Notes: generated from the letters alone by a model not told the origin. A stretch of 18,193 nucleotides of DNA from Candidatus Hydrogenedentota bacterium (GCA_963668025.2 CAXXTH010000016.1:1-18193), one strand, 5' to 3'. Positions 8,426 to 16,794 are shown, numbered from the stretch's first letter. Translations and numbers: made by a program.

Positions 8426-9532
8426 TCATCCCGCGGCCTGCTCACCATCCATGGGAGCAGAAACCGGCAGTTTTTCGTTCACTTTAACATCAACGGGCGG
8501 CTCAGCTACTCCAGACCTTGCCTGCTCCAGAAATTCCGGTTTCGGCGTATTAGGCAAAGAGGTGGGACGGCTGGGGAATTCACGCAAATGCGGAGGCAGA
8601 TATTGGTTGTCTAAAACCCTCATATCACTGGCGGTGTTATCATCATGCGAATCCTTTTGGATACGGCGATTCGGCACTAACGTGTAGCCTAGAATGTCAC
8701 CCAGATCCAACAGAAACGCCACTATGAGTACGAAAATCTCTTTGACTCCCACTTGGCGGAAATCAAACAGCTTGGCGAAAACCGCAAACAAGGGGCTTTC
8801 CAATTTGACCGCCTGCGGCAATACAATCCCGGAAGCCGCCGCCACATCCTTGACAGCCACCCGAATCTCATTCTGTAGATCCTCGATTCCAGCAATCGTG
8901 TCCGGCGACGCGGAAGCCAGCAATTCATCCGCTTTTTTCACCTGGGCCAGCGCCTCATCAATGCTCTGCACTTCCACTTCCGTGGTTTTTTGCAGTACGG
9001 TCAGCCGGTAATCCTCTTGCTTTGCGAACTGGCCATATCCCTCCGGCGCTTTTCTCAATCCCCGGATTTCCGCATCCAGCTCGCCTTCTTGCTTCGCCAC
9101 GTCTTTAAGCAAAACCGCTTTGCGCGCGCCGAGCTCCCCCTGCGCCTGGACCAGATAGTCTTCGTAAACACTCTTCATCCGGCCTTCGCTATAACTCATA
9201 AAGAAGTTCTGATCCGCCATGCGATACAACACATCTAGATTGAACGTAATGCTGATGAATGCGATCAGCGTCAGGCCAATGACGCCAAAAATGTTCAAGC
9301 GTTTATGCCCATCAATCACCGCCATCTTGATGGCCAGCAACATCAAGCCAATCGCTACCGACAATCCCAGCGCCAGCACCGAACAATTCCAGGCAAAATC
9401 CGGCGTGATAGGGATCATCACCTTCGGTTCCGGTAAAATGGAATCATTCAGACTAATGTACGTGGTGCAAATCGACACGATGCCCAGTATGAACATGGCT
9501 ATCGTAAACATGAACTTAACCAAAGCACGCAT
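8426..9532 (-). CDS. Membrane protein with large coiled-coil domain (DUF4407-like), function unknown
   Basis: Three N-terminal TM segments, helical coiled coil with AEIRG....EGYG, a fourth TM (IFVLIVAFLLD), Pro-rich tail; RBS GAGGGGAG. The ORF is solid; the family call is tentative. Confidence 0.7.
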   Translation of the reverse strand: MRALVKFMFTIAMFILGIVSICTTYISLNDSILPEPKVMIPITPDFAWNCSVLALGLSVAIGLMLLAIKMAVIDGHKRLNIFGVIGLTLIAFISITFNLDVLYRMADQNFFMSYSEGRMKSVYEDYLVQAQGELGARKAVLLKDVAKQEGELDAEIRGLRKAPEGYGQFAKQEDYRLTVLQKTTEVEVQSIDEALAQVKKADELLASASPDTIAGIEDLQNEIRVAVKDVAAASGIVLPQAVKLESPLFAVFAKLFDFRQVGVKEIFVLIVAFLLDLGDILGYTLVPNRRIQKDSHDDNTASDMRVLDNQYLPPHLREFPSRPTSLPNTPKPEFLEQARSGVAEPPVDVKVNEKLPVSAPMDGEQAAG

Positions 9533-9688
9533 GGCTATCTCCCCTCAAGCAATTTCCGATAGGTATAATGCCCAAATCGACGAAAAAGTTCTTACACGTG
9601 AAGAATAATTTACATATGATGCCCGCATCCTGCTCTTTTCGGGAAAATTATGCAAGCCCGCGCCACCAATACGCATGGCGCGGTGTTC

Positions 9689-9772
9689 CCGCAACCAAAG
9701 GTCCGGATTTTAAACCACTAAATACACTAAATACACTAAAATTCAAATAGGTAGGGTGGGGCTTGCCCCACC
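9689..9772 (+). repeat. Composite repeat, left copy: CCGCAACCAAAG leader + (CACTAAATA)x2.8 + GTAG-REP palindrome
   Basis: 9689-9742 matches the reverse complement of 13465-13517 at 50 of 54 positions; GTAG-GGTGGGGC-TT-GCCCCACC at 9751-9772. Confidence 0.85.
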
Positions 9773-9954
9773 GTTCAAAGAATTCATCGACCAAATTACA
9801 TGCAAGAATCGTAGATCCTAACCAGTTTAAATGCATTGGTTTACACAGAAAATCCTCGCAAAAAAAACAAGAATCTGAACGTTAGTGGTACAACAGAGCC
9901 ATATCCTGCTTTTCAACAGTCGTTTGGTTAGCGCGTTGCATCACGTGGCAGTTT

Positions 9955-10000
9955 CAAAAAATCGAAACGCCGGGACATAGACATAAGCCACATCCCGGCG
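9955..10000 (-). terminator. Intrinsic terminator of the GH127 gene
   Basis: Minus-strand RNA CGCCGGGAUGUGG-CUUAUGU-CUAUGUCCCGGCG (13 bp including 3 G-U pairs that form only on this strand), followed by UUUCGAUUUUUU. Confidence 0.7.
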
Positions 10001-10058
10001 GTGTGTATTCGGCCTCTAACAACCTGTTCTTATCCCATGCCCAGCAACTCGGAGATTC

Positions 10059-12959
10059 TCACGAGGTGCTTGGCCTTTCAAAAGAGGATTGGCACAGTCT
10101 CTCCACTTCCTCTTGTGATAATGCCCTGGCGTAAAATCGAAAATCGTCTATACTGCCCACGAAAGCCTCTGTTCCCAAACAGGGATTCGCCCCGACGGCC
10201 ATCTTGAATTCATACGACTCGAGTTGCTTCTTCACGGTGCGTTTCAATGTTTCTTTTCCATTGATATACAGACACAACACATCATCTTTCTTCACGGCCG
10301 CGACATGGATCCATTTCCCGGCCTCAACCGGCGCGCCAGGCGCTTCCCGTAGGTTCTCATCTTCTGTAATCGCGAGCAATTTCCCTTCGTGTACATAGAT
10401 GGCCAGCGAATTGAACAGCCCGGGACGGTCCCAGCAGGAAAACACGGCGCTGGTTTTGTTCAGGCCTTCCGGGCAAATCCATGCCGAGAAAGAAAGATCC
10501 TGTTCGGGATATCGAGGCGTCTGGTACGCATACCGGGGTTGTTCGTAAAAGATGCCACTCCCTTCTTCGCCGTTGAACCGCATTGCGCCGTTTTCACGCT
10601 GGAAACGGTCGGGAGCGGATTCTGTCTTGATGCCCCAAAGCAGTTTTCCTGCCGAAGGAACGCCGTTCCCATCCAACGCGGACGCCACACACGGTTCATC
10701 GGCCTCTGGAATCTTCGGCAGATCCGCCAGCACCGTGTTTTCGAGCGCGGCATCCACCGTGAACACACCGGCTCCAAGCTCATTTTTACGCTCCCCATTG
10801 GGCGTATGCGCCGTCACGTCCCAATAATATCGCCCCGCCTCGGCCAATCCGGGATTCAGCAGATAATCCCGTGCGCGGATGCCTGTAATCTCCTGCACGA
10901 TATCAGTGAACGCCGCATCACGCGCGACGCGCAGCGTAAACGTGCGCTCATGCTCGTCCGTGCGTAAAAATGCAGTCCAGCGAAAGCAGACAGGGCCAGC
11001 CGCGATAACCGCGCCAGATTGCGGAACACTCAACCAGTTCGGCGGGGGGCATCCATTTTTTGCGGAAAGCCAGACTCGGCTATACGTGCCATGTACGCCC
11101 GCGGACGCGAAATCACATAAACGCAGCGTGCCGTCCGGCGTTGCGGCATCCCAGAACGCCATCGGCTGGAATTTTCCAGGCGCATGCTCTTGAGTCACCG
11201 GCTGCGGCGTGAATGTAATGGTTTTCAAATCCAGCGGGGCCATGGCGTTCAAATCCATGGCATTGTACCGCGTGTCGGCAGCCAGGAGAATCGGCCCGAT
11301 GTATAATGCCGCGGAACCGTCCCGCGTCAGCTCCCCTGTCCAATGATACGGCGTCATGTCAAACGCAAGCTCCACTACATCACCGTTTTTCCATTTCTTT
11401 GTAATGTTGAAATAGCCTCCTTTATCCGGCTCCGCCATTTCTGTTCCCCACCGCACTTGGGTGTTTTTGGACCAGTGGGGAATGCGGAACCGCAACGTGA
11501 ATTCGGATGCGCGTTTCAACCCCACCCGCACCCGGACCTGCCCGCTCAACGGATACTCAGTTTCCTGAGTGAGCGTGACAGGCGTTCCGTCTTTAAGAAA
11601 CGCCTTGATCTCGGAAGGGCCGTAGAAATGAACCGCCAGCCCATCTTCCGCTTGCATGACGGCCCATTCACTCAACACGCCCAACAAACGAAAGGCGTTT
11701 ACGGAGCAGCAATTCAAATCGGCGGCTCCGGGACGCGACTGGAAATTGATGCTTAAATAAGACGGCATGCGGCTCCCGTTCAAGGGCGTATTATAGGTGG
11801 ACCAGCTTCCCGATGGATGCAATGAGGCCAGCGCCTCGTTCCAGGTGGTGAGTTCCAGTTCGTCCGCCGCGCTGGCGTCCGCCGTCAGCCGCAGCATATC
11901 CGTTGACATGGCCTCCCATGCGACGCTGCAACACGTTTCGATGCTGATCCGCTCGAAAGGATAATAGGGGTAGCCCACGGCGCATTCGTTGGTCGAGAAT
12001 GCACCCGACGGATGCCGGTCCAACTGCCGGATCGAATGCCAATAATGGGTGAACGCCTTCTTATAATTGGGGTCTCCCGTGAGGCCGTACAACTCGGCCA
12101 TGCCCTGGAAGTCCACCAGGCTCTCCCAACGGCACCCCATGCTGGGCAGCAAATACATAGGCGTCCCTGCCAGTCCCTGGCGGAAATAATCTTCCGTGGA
12201 AGCGTTCCAGTCTTCCTCGGCCAGCTTCATGAATTGCCGGTATCTTTCATTGCCGGTGCGTTCGTACAACCAAGCGAATGATTGGATAACGCCCAAATTC
12301 ATAACGGACGCTTGCATTTCCAATAAACGGCGGCCTTTGTCCAGATACACCGCACACGCCTGGTCCGCCGCGCGCTGTGCGCACGCCAGCGCATTCGTGT
12401 CGCCCGACTCGTCATACCACATCAGCAATCCGCAAATGGCGTGGTTCAGCGCCCATAAGTCCCACGAGTCCACCGTCAGCAAATGCTCCCCAGCCTCGTT
12501 TGCGGGCCACGCGCCCAAGTAGCCGTCGGGGGCCTGCGTGGCGATGAACTCATCCACGAATCCTTGCACATACGCCCGCAGTTCCGGATCGTCCGAGAGG
12601 CGTACGGCTTGAACGGCGGACATTAAGTACTTTCCGGGGAATTCACTCACCCACGGCACCAGATCTGGCTTGGTTGTATGGGCATCACGCCGACGCAATT
12701 GCTCCAGCATCCCCGGATTGGCCTCTGGCGCGCGCATGATCCACTCCCGAATCGTCGCGTCGATATACTTGCCCAGCATCCCGTCAAAATGAAACCGGGC
12801 CGCCGGCATGGAATGCAGCAGAAAATGCTCCGGCTTTTTCTGTTGCGCCCCACATGAGGCCGGGCGTTGCGTTGGCGTTTCTGTCCTATTGGAGTCCATA
12901 GTATCCGCCCATGCGCTCAAGGTAAGCGCGATTCCACACCATGCCATCATCTGTTTCAT
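10059..12959 (-). CDS. Secreted GH127/GH146-type glycoside hydrolase (beta-L-arabinofuranosidase-like) with C-terminal LamG-like domain
   Basis: Signal peptide MKQMMAWCGIALTLSAWA; SEFPGKYL, QAPDGYLG, ETCCSVAW, NCCSVN, TQETEYP, RIPHW, IGPILLA; FN3-like segment (YYWDVTA); LamG motifs SFSAWI, GKWIHVAAV, LYING, FVGSIDDFRFYARALSQEEV. Confidence 0.9.
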   Translation of the reverse strand: MKQMMAWCGIALTLSAWADTMDSNRTETPTQRPASCGAQQKKPEHFLLHSMPAARFHFDGMLGKYIDATIREWIMRAPEANPGMLEQLRRRDAHTTKPDLVPWVSEFPGKYLMSAVQAVRLSDDPELRAYVQGFVDEFIATQAPDGYLGAWPANEAGEHLLTVDSWDLWALNHAICGLLMWYDESGDTNALACAQRAADQACAVYLDKGRRLLEMQASVMNLGVIQSFAWLYERTGNERYRQFMKLAEEDWNASTEDYFRQGLAGTPMYLLPSMGCRWESLVDFQGMAELYGLTGDPNYKKAFTHYWHSIRQLDRHPSGAFSTNECAVGYPYYPFERISIETCCSVAWEAMSTDMLRLTADASAADELELTTWNEALASLHPSGSWSTYNTPLNGSRMPSYLSINFQSRPGAADLNCCSVNAFRLLGVLSEWAVMQAEDGLAVHFYGPSEIKAFLKDGTPVTLTQETEYPLSGQVRVRVGLKRASEFTLRFRIPHWSKNTQVRWGTEMAEPDKGGYFNITKKWKNGDVVELAFDMTPYHWTGELTRDGSAALYIGPILLAADTRYNAMDLNAMAPLDLKTITFTPQPVTQEHAPGKFQPMAFWDAATPDGTLRLCDFASAGVHGTYSRVWLSAKNGCPPPNWLSVPQSGAVIAAGPVCFRWTAFLRTDEHERTFTLRVARDAAFTDIVQEITGIRARDYLLNPGLAEAGRYYWDVTAHTPNGERKNELGAGVFTVDAALENTVLADLPKIPEADEPCVASALDGNGVPSAGKLLWGIKTESAPDRFQRENGAMRFNGEEGSGIFYEQPRYAYQTPRYPEQDLSFSAWICPEGLNKTSAVFSCWDRPGLFNSLAIYVHEGKLLAITEDENLREAPGAPVEAGKWIHVAAVKKDDVLCLYINGKETLKRTVKKQLESYEFKMAVGANPCLGTEAFVGSIDDFRFYARALSQEEVERLCQSSFERPSTS

Positions 12960-13124
12960 GCCGCTTCCGCCCTATACATTGAATTCTATCAAATCCGCAC
13001 ATCACCCCATAGAACCAGCTATTCTTTTCAAAATGTTTCAACGATGGCGCTGAACAAAAAATTCACAAATTCAATACACGCCACGCCTCCGAGCATGTAG
13101 ACTGTTGGCCGCTGTAATAATTGC

Positions 13125-13153
13125 ATTTTACGAATACGCATATGGATATGCAA
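13125..13153 (-). promoter_or_regulatory. sigma70-type promoter of the GH127 gene with overlapping palindrome
   Basis: Minus strand TTGCAT, 17 nt, TAAAAT; palindrome GCATAT-GG-ATATGC (13138-13151) overlaps the -35 and spacer. Confidence 0.55.
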
Positions 13154-13162
13154 GAAAAAGAT

Positions 13163-13189
13163 ATTAAATGAAAAATAATGTCATTTAAT
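13163..13189. promoter_or_regulatory. 9-bp inverted repeat upstream of the GH127 promoter (candidate transcription factor site)
   Basis: ATTAAATGA-N9-TCATTTAAT. Confidence 0.4.
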
Positions 13190-13301
13190 GCTATATGATG
13201 GCCGATTTCCGGGATCGAGGCATCAAGAATGATTCTTCCCTACCATGTGTACTTGTCATTAGTCGTTCGAATATATCTTCTCAAATGTTTGTACAATTCC
13301 C

Positions 13302-13325
13302 GTAGCATAGGCGTCTCGCCCATGC
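13302..13325 (+). repeat. GTAG-type REP element (second family)
   Basis: GTAG overlapping GCATAGGCG-TCT-CGCCCATGC (8 of 9 bp paired). Confidence 0.65.
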
Positions 13326-13396
13326 GAGAAAGGAGAAGGGGCATCCTGATAGTAGTACTAATGTCCAAAAATGTGAATAGAAGTATGTCGCTTCAT

Positions 13397-13426
13397 ATTG
13401 GTGTGGATTGGTGTCTATTCGTGGTT
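13397..13426 (-). repeat. Degenerate 10-mer tandem related to the AACCAC(G/T)AA repeat
   Basis: Minus strand AAC-CACGAATAGA-CACCAATCCA-CACCAAT. Confidence 0.5.
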
Positions 13427-13435
13427 GAGAAGTAG

Positions 13436-13517
13436 GGTGTTGGCAAGCCCAATTCTAGCTTTATATTTTAGTGTATTTCGTGTATTTAGTGGTTAAAATC
13501 CGGCTCTTTGGTTGCGG
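13436..13517 (-). repeat. Composite repeat, right (inverted) copy
   Basis: Minus strand CCGCAACCAAAGAGCCGGATTTTAACCACTAAATACACGAAATACACTAAAAT...GGGCTTGCCAACACC; homologous to 9689-9772. Confidence 0.85.
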
Positions 13518-13532
13518 CCAAGCTGTTCCACG

Positions 13533-14585
13533 TCATTCATTTCCAAGTTTTTTTCGCCGATACCTTCGATGAGCGATATAGAAGACCGGCGCCACTAAAA
13601 AAAGAAATGCAACAGCCAAGATTGCATGTCCAAAGATGCCCGCTTTGTGGGTATTTGAATCATCGGACATTATTACTGGGGGCGCCACGGTGTGGTTCTC
13701 TGGATTCGGAGCCGAAACAGGAGGCGGCTGTATGTTTTTTAGTGGTTCATCGAGGACGGTTTGCACATCAGGTTCCGACTCTATGTTTTTCTGCGGTTCC
13801 TCGGGAATGGTTTGCACATCAAGTGCTGCCGCCGTGTTTTTCTGCATCATCTCCTTGAGTTCAGATAGCCGCGAGGCCGCTTCGGTTGCAGCTTCCGTAT
13901 TGGGAAATCGGTCAATGATTTTTTGGAGGTTCTGTATCTGGTCTATCGGATCTGAAAATGAAGACGCACATTCGACCAGATTTCCGGCCGCCGCTATAGA
14001 AACACCTTCAAATAAATCAAGAAAAGATGTTAAGGTTAAATCTGAAATAGGTTGTCCTGGAATATCTGGCAACCAGATTTCGCTTGATGGATCAGCAGAA
14101 TCAATTATGTTTTTTGTCTTCAATATCCAATCATAATATTCCATTCTAAGATTCATTCTTTCTTCCCTACTAGCCAATGGAGTAACTAAAAAGGATCTCG
14201 CTCTATTGGTTTCTTTGCCAATTCGCACCGGCTCTTCCTCCAAAGCTTTTTTCATATACATCACGCACTTCTCATAATCGGGCTTTTCTCCATATTCCGC
14301 ATGCCAGTTCGTCGCATACAATACTCCGAGTTGGCAATACACCTTGGCTCGCTGACTTGATTCCGTGCATTTTTCAAGGTATTTCAAGTAATACTCTTCC
14401 GCCAAGGGCTGGCTAGCATTTGCATGGTCTCCTCCATTGTACTCGCTGTCGTATTCCATGGCTATCTCCAGGTCAGGATCGTTTTCGTAATTAATTAGCC
14501 GTGCAAACGAAATCGCTGACGGAAATAAACAGAGACCACATGTCATGGAGAACAATAGATAACGAAGGCTGTGATTCGGAACCAT
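13533..14585 (-). CDS. Exported TPR-like helical protein with Pro-rich linker and C-terminal membrane anchor
   Basis: RBS AGGAGG; N-terminal signal peptide (..SAISFA); AEEYYLKYL..AKVYCQLGVLY..YMKKAL (TPR-like); LQKIIDRFPNTEAA; TM AILAVAFLFLVAPVFYIA followed by HRRYRRKK. Confidence 0.8.
   Translation of the reverse strand: MVPNHSLRYLLFSMTCGLCLFPSAISFARLINYENDPDLEIAMEYDSEYNGGDHANASQPLAEEYYLKYLEKCTESSQRAKVYCQLGVLYATNWHAEYGEKPDYEKCVMYMKKALEEEPVRIGKETNRARSFLVTPLASREERMNLRMEYYDWILKTKNIIDSADPSSEIWLPDIPGQPISDLTLTSFLDLFEGVSIAAAGNLVECASSFSDPIDQIQNLQKIIDRFPNTEAATEAASRLSELKEMMQKNTAAALDVQTIPEEPQKNIESEPDVQTVLDEPLKNIQPPPVSAPNPENHTVAPPVIMSDDSNTHKAGIFGHAILAVAFLFLVAPVFYIAHRRYRRKKLGNE
13731..13821. repeat. Intragenic 51-bp-period tandem duplication
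   Basis: 13731-13770 vs 13782-13821 match at 33 of 40 positions; encodes DVQTIPEEPQKNI / DVQTVLDEPLKNI. Confidence 0.8.
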
Positions 14586-14901
14586 TGAATATACCTCCTG
14601 AACAATCTGCCCCGGTGCGTTTGAAAAGAGCGAAGGCCATCTCCAAACACATATCCTTAATAGCCTTCTTCAGGGCTGGGCGCCTCTCCCGGCTCATATC
14701 CAGAATCCCTTATGCATATTATAGTGTTCACTTCATCATCTTCCATCAAAAAACGAGCCGGTCAAGAAATAGAACACACCGCACCCAATACGATATGCTT
14801 GTGTCTAAGGGATGAAGCTCAAGGCAAACGTGAATAAACAGTGTGATCTCGTTCCATGGGATTGTGGGCAACGTCCGCGTCAGCGCCCCCAAAAGGTATC
14901 T

Positions 14902-14931
14902 TTGCCAACATTGCGCACAAAACGCTACACT
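14902..14931 (+). promoter_or_regulatory. Candidate sigma70 promoter for the ATPase/TOPRIM gene
   Basis: TTGCCA, 18 nt, TACACT, ending 47 nt before ATG 14979. Confidence 0.45.
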
Positions 14932-14978
14932 GCCCGATAAAGACAAGTCGAATATGAGCTGTAGGTGAGGTTCCAAAA

Positions 14979-16772
14979 ATGTTAACTAAATTAGGAATCC
15001 GCAACTTCAAACGTTTCAATGACGTTGAAATTGAACTTGGGAAATCCGTAGTTTTTGTAGGCCCCAATAACTCCGGAAAAACAACCGCTCTGCAAGCGCT
15101 CGCGCTCTGGGAGATTGGGCTTCGCCGTTGGAATGAAAAGCGGCAAGGAAAAACCTCCCCCGAGAAACGGCCTGGCGTAACCATCAACCGCCGCGATCTG
15201 ATTTCCCTGCCTATACCCGATGCGCATCTGCTATGGCGCGATCTGCGTGTTCGCAACGTTTCCAGGAAAAACGGCTCACAAGAAACCCAGCCTATTTGTA
15301 TAAATATCTCCGTGGAAGGACTAACAGGAGGTGCATCTTGGACATGCGGGCTTGAGTTCGATTTTGCGAATGATGAGTCTTTCTATTGCCGTCCATTACG
15401 AACAGATCGCTCAGGCGCCTCCAGAATGCCTATCCCTGAAGATGCGGGATCTATACGCTTCGCGTTTCTTCCACCCATGTCCGGACTAGTTGCTGATGAA
15501 TCGAAATTGGAACCAGGCAGAATTAACGTACTGATCGGAGAGGGGCAGACGGCCCAGGTTTTACGGAATCTCTGCTTCCGAATTTATAACGGAGAAAAGA
15601 ATAAACAACCGCTCGAACGAGATGCTGCCATTAGTCCCGAAGCATTAGATTATTGGCGCTCCTTATGCTCGCACATCGAAAAATTATTTGGCGTACAGCT
15701 ATTGCCTCCAGAGTTTCTTCGTGAGCGTGGTGAAATCACCATGTGTTATCAGGAACGAGGCAAGACGTTTGATCTTTCTTCTTCCGGCCGGGGGCTCCAA
15801 CAGACTCTTTTGCTACTCGCATATCTTTACTCAAATCCCCATACAGTGCTTTTGCTAGATGAACCGGATGCCCACCTCGAAATTCTTCGCCAACGACAAA
15901 TTTACGGAGTCTTGACCCGCATCGCGGAACAGCAAGGTTCGCAAATAATCATAGCCAGCCACTCGGAAGTCATTCTAAACGAGGCAGCAGGCCGTGATAT
16001 GGTCGTCGCTTTCCTTGGCAAGCCCCATCGCATGGATGATAGGGGCTCACAGTTGCTCAAGGCGCTCAAAGACATAGGTTTCGAAGACTACTATCAAGCC
16101 GAGCAAAGAGGTTGGATTCTCTATCTCGAAGGCTCAACGGATTTGGAAATCCTGCGTTCTCTGGCGGAAAAGTTAAATCATCCCGTCAAAGAGATATTAG
16201 AAAATCCCTTTGTTTGCTACATAGGAGGAAATCAACCACAAAAAGCACGGGAGCATTTCTATGCATTGCGCGAAGCGAAACCAGATCTTCTAGGAATCGC
16301 TTTGTTTGATCTTTTGGATAGGCCGCTCAATCTTGACGGCGCTCTGATTGAGTTGATGTGGAAACGGCGGGAAATTGAAAACTATATTTGCACCCCCGTA
16401 GTCCTAGAGGCTTACGCGAAACATGGATTATCATCAGATGATCTCGTTGAACGCGCCGAGGCGGATAATCGCGTGTTAAAAATGAAAGAAAACATCGATT
16501 CACTGGAACAAGCGTTACGCACTCAACGGAAACCTTCTCCGTGGAGCAGCGAATGCAAGGTGACCGATGAGTTCCTTGACCCCTTGTTTATCAACTATTT
16601 TGAAGCACTGAACTTGCCGATGCTCTTCCGGAAAAGCGATTATCACGAGCTTGCCCAATACATACCCATTGAACAAATAGATCCGGAAGTGAAAGAAAAA
16701 CTAGATGCAATTCTTGAAGTGGCGAAGAACGCCTCACCTTTGATAGACGAAGAGATTGATTCCACATCGTAA
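14979..16772 (+). CDS. OLD-like ABC-type ATPase fused to a TOPRIM nuclease domain (candidate defence protein)
   Basis: IRNFKRF, Walker A GPNNSGKTT, signature SSSGRGLQQ, Walker B LLLDEPDAHL, H-loop IIASHS; TOPRIM YLEGSTD, LFDLLD, REIENY. Confidence 0.85.
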   Translation: MLTKLGIRNFKRFNDVEIELGKSVVFVGPNNSGKTTALQALALWEIGLRRWNEKRQGKTSPEKRPGVTINRRDLISLPIPDAHLLWRDLRVRNVSRKNGSQETQPICINISVEGLTGGASWTCGLEFDFANDESFYCRPLRTDRSGASRMPIPEDAGSIRFAFLPPMSGLVADESKLEPGRINVLIGEGQTAQVLRNLCFRIYNGEKNKQPLERDAAISPEALDYWRSLCSHIEKLFGVQLLPPEFLRERGEITMCYQERGKTFDLSSSGRGLQQTLLLLAYLYSNPHTVLLLDEPDAHLEILRQRQIYGVLTRIAEQQGSQIIIASHSEVILNEAAGRDMVVAFLGKPHRMDDRGSQLLKALKDIGFEDYYQAEQRGWILYLEGSTDLEILRSLAEKLNHPVKEILENPFVCYIGGNQPQKAREHFYALREAKPDLLGIALFDLLDRPLNLDGALIELMWKRREIENYICTPVVLEAYAKHGLSSDDLVERAEADNRVLKMKENIDSLEQALRTQRKPSPWSSECKVTDEFLDPLFINYFEALNLPMLFRKSDYHELAQYIPIEQIDPEVKEKLDAILEVAKNASPLIDEEIDSTS

Positions 16773-16794
16773 TACCCAACTCCCGGCAGGCGTT

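Noticed and set aside
9716-9740. Tandem repeats as a CRISPR array
   Set aside because: Units are 9 nt, contiguous and without spacers; no cas genes in the window.
13229-13435. 68-aa plus-strand ORF, or a minus-strand lipoprotein remnant (LVLLSGCP)
   Set aside because: The region is made of REP and tandem repeats; there is no RBS and no in-frame start for the lipobox-like peptide.
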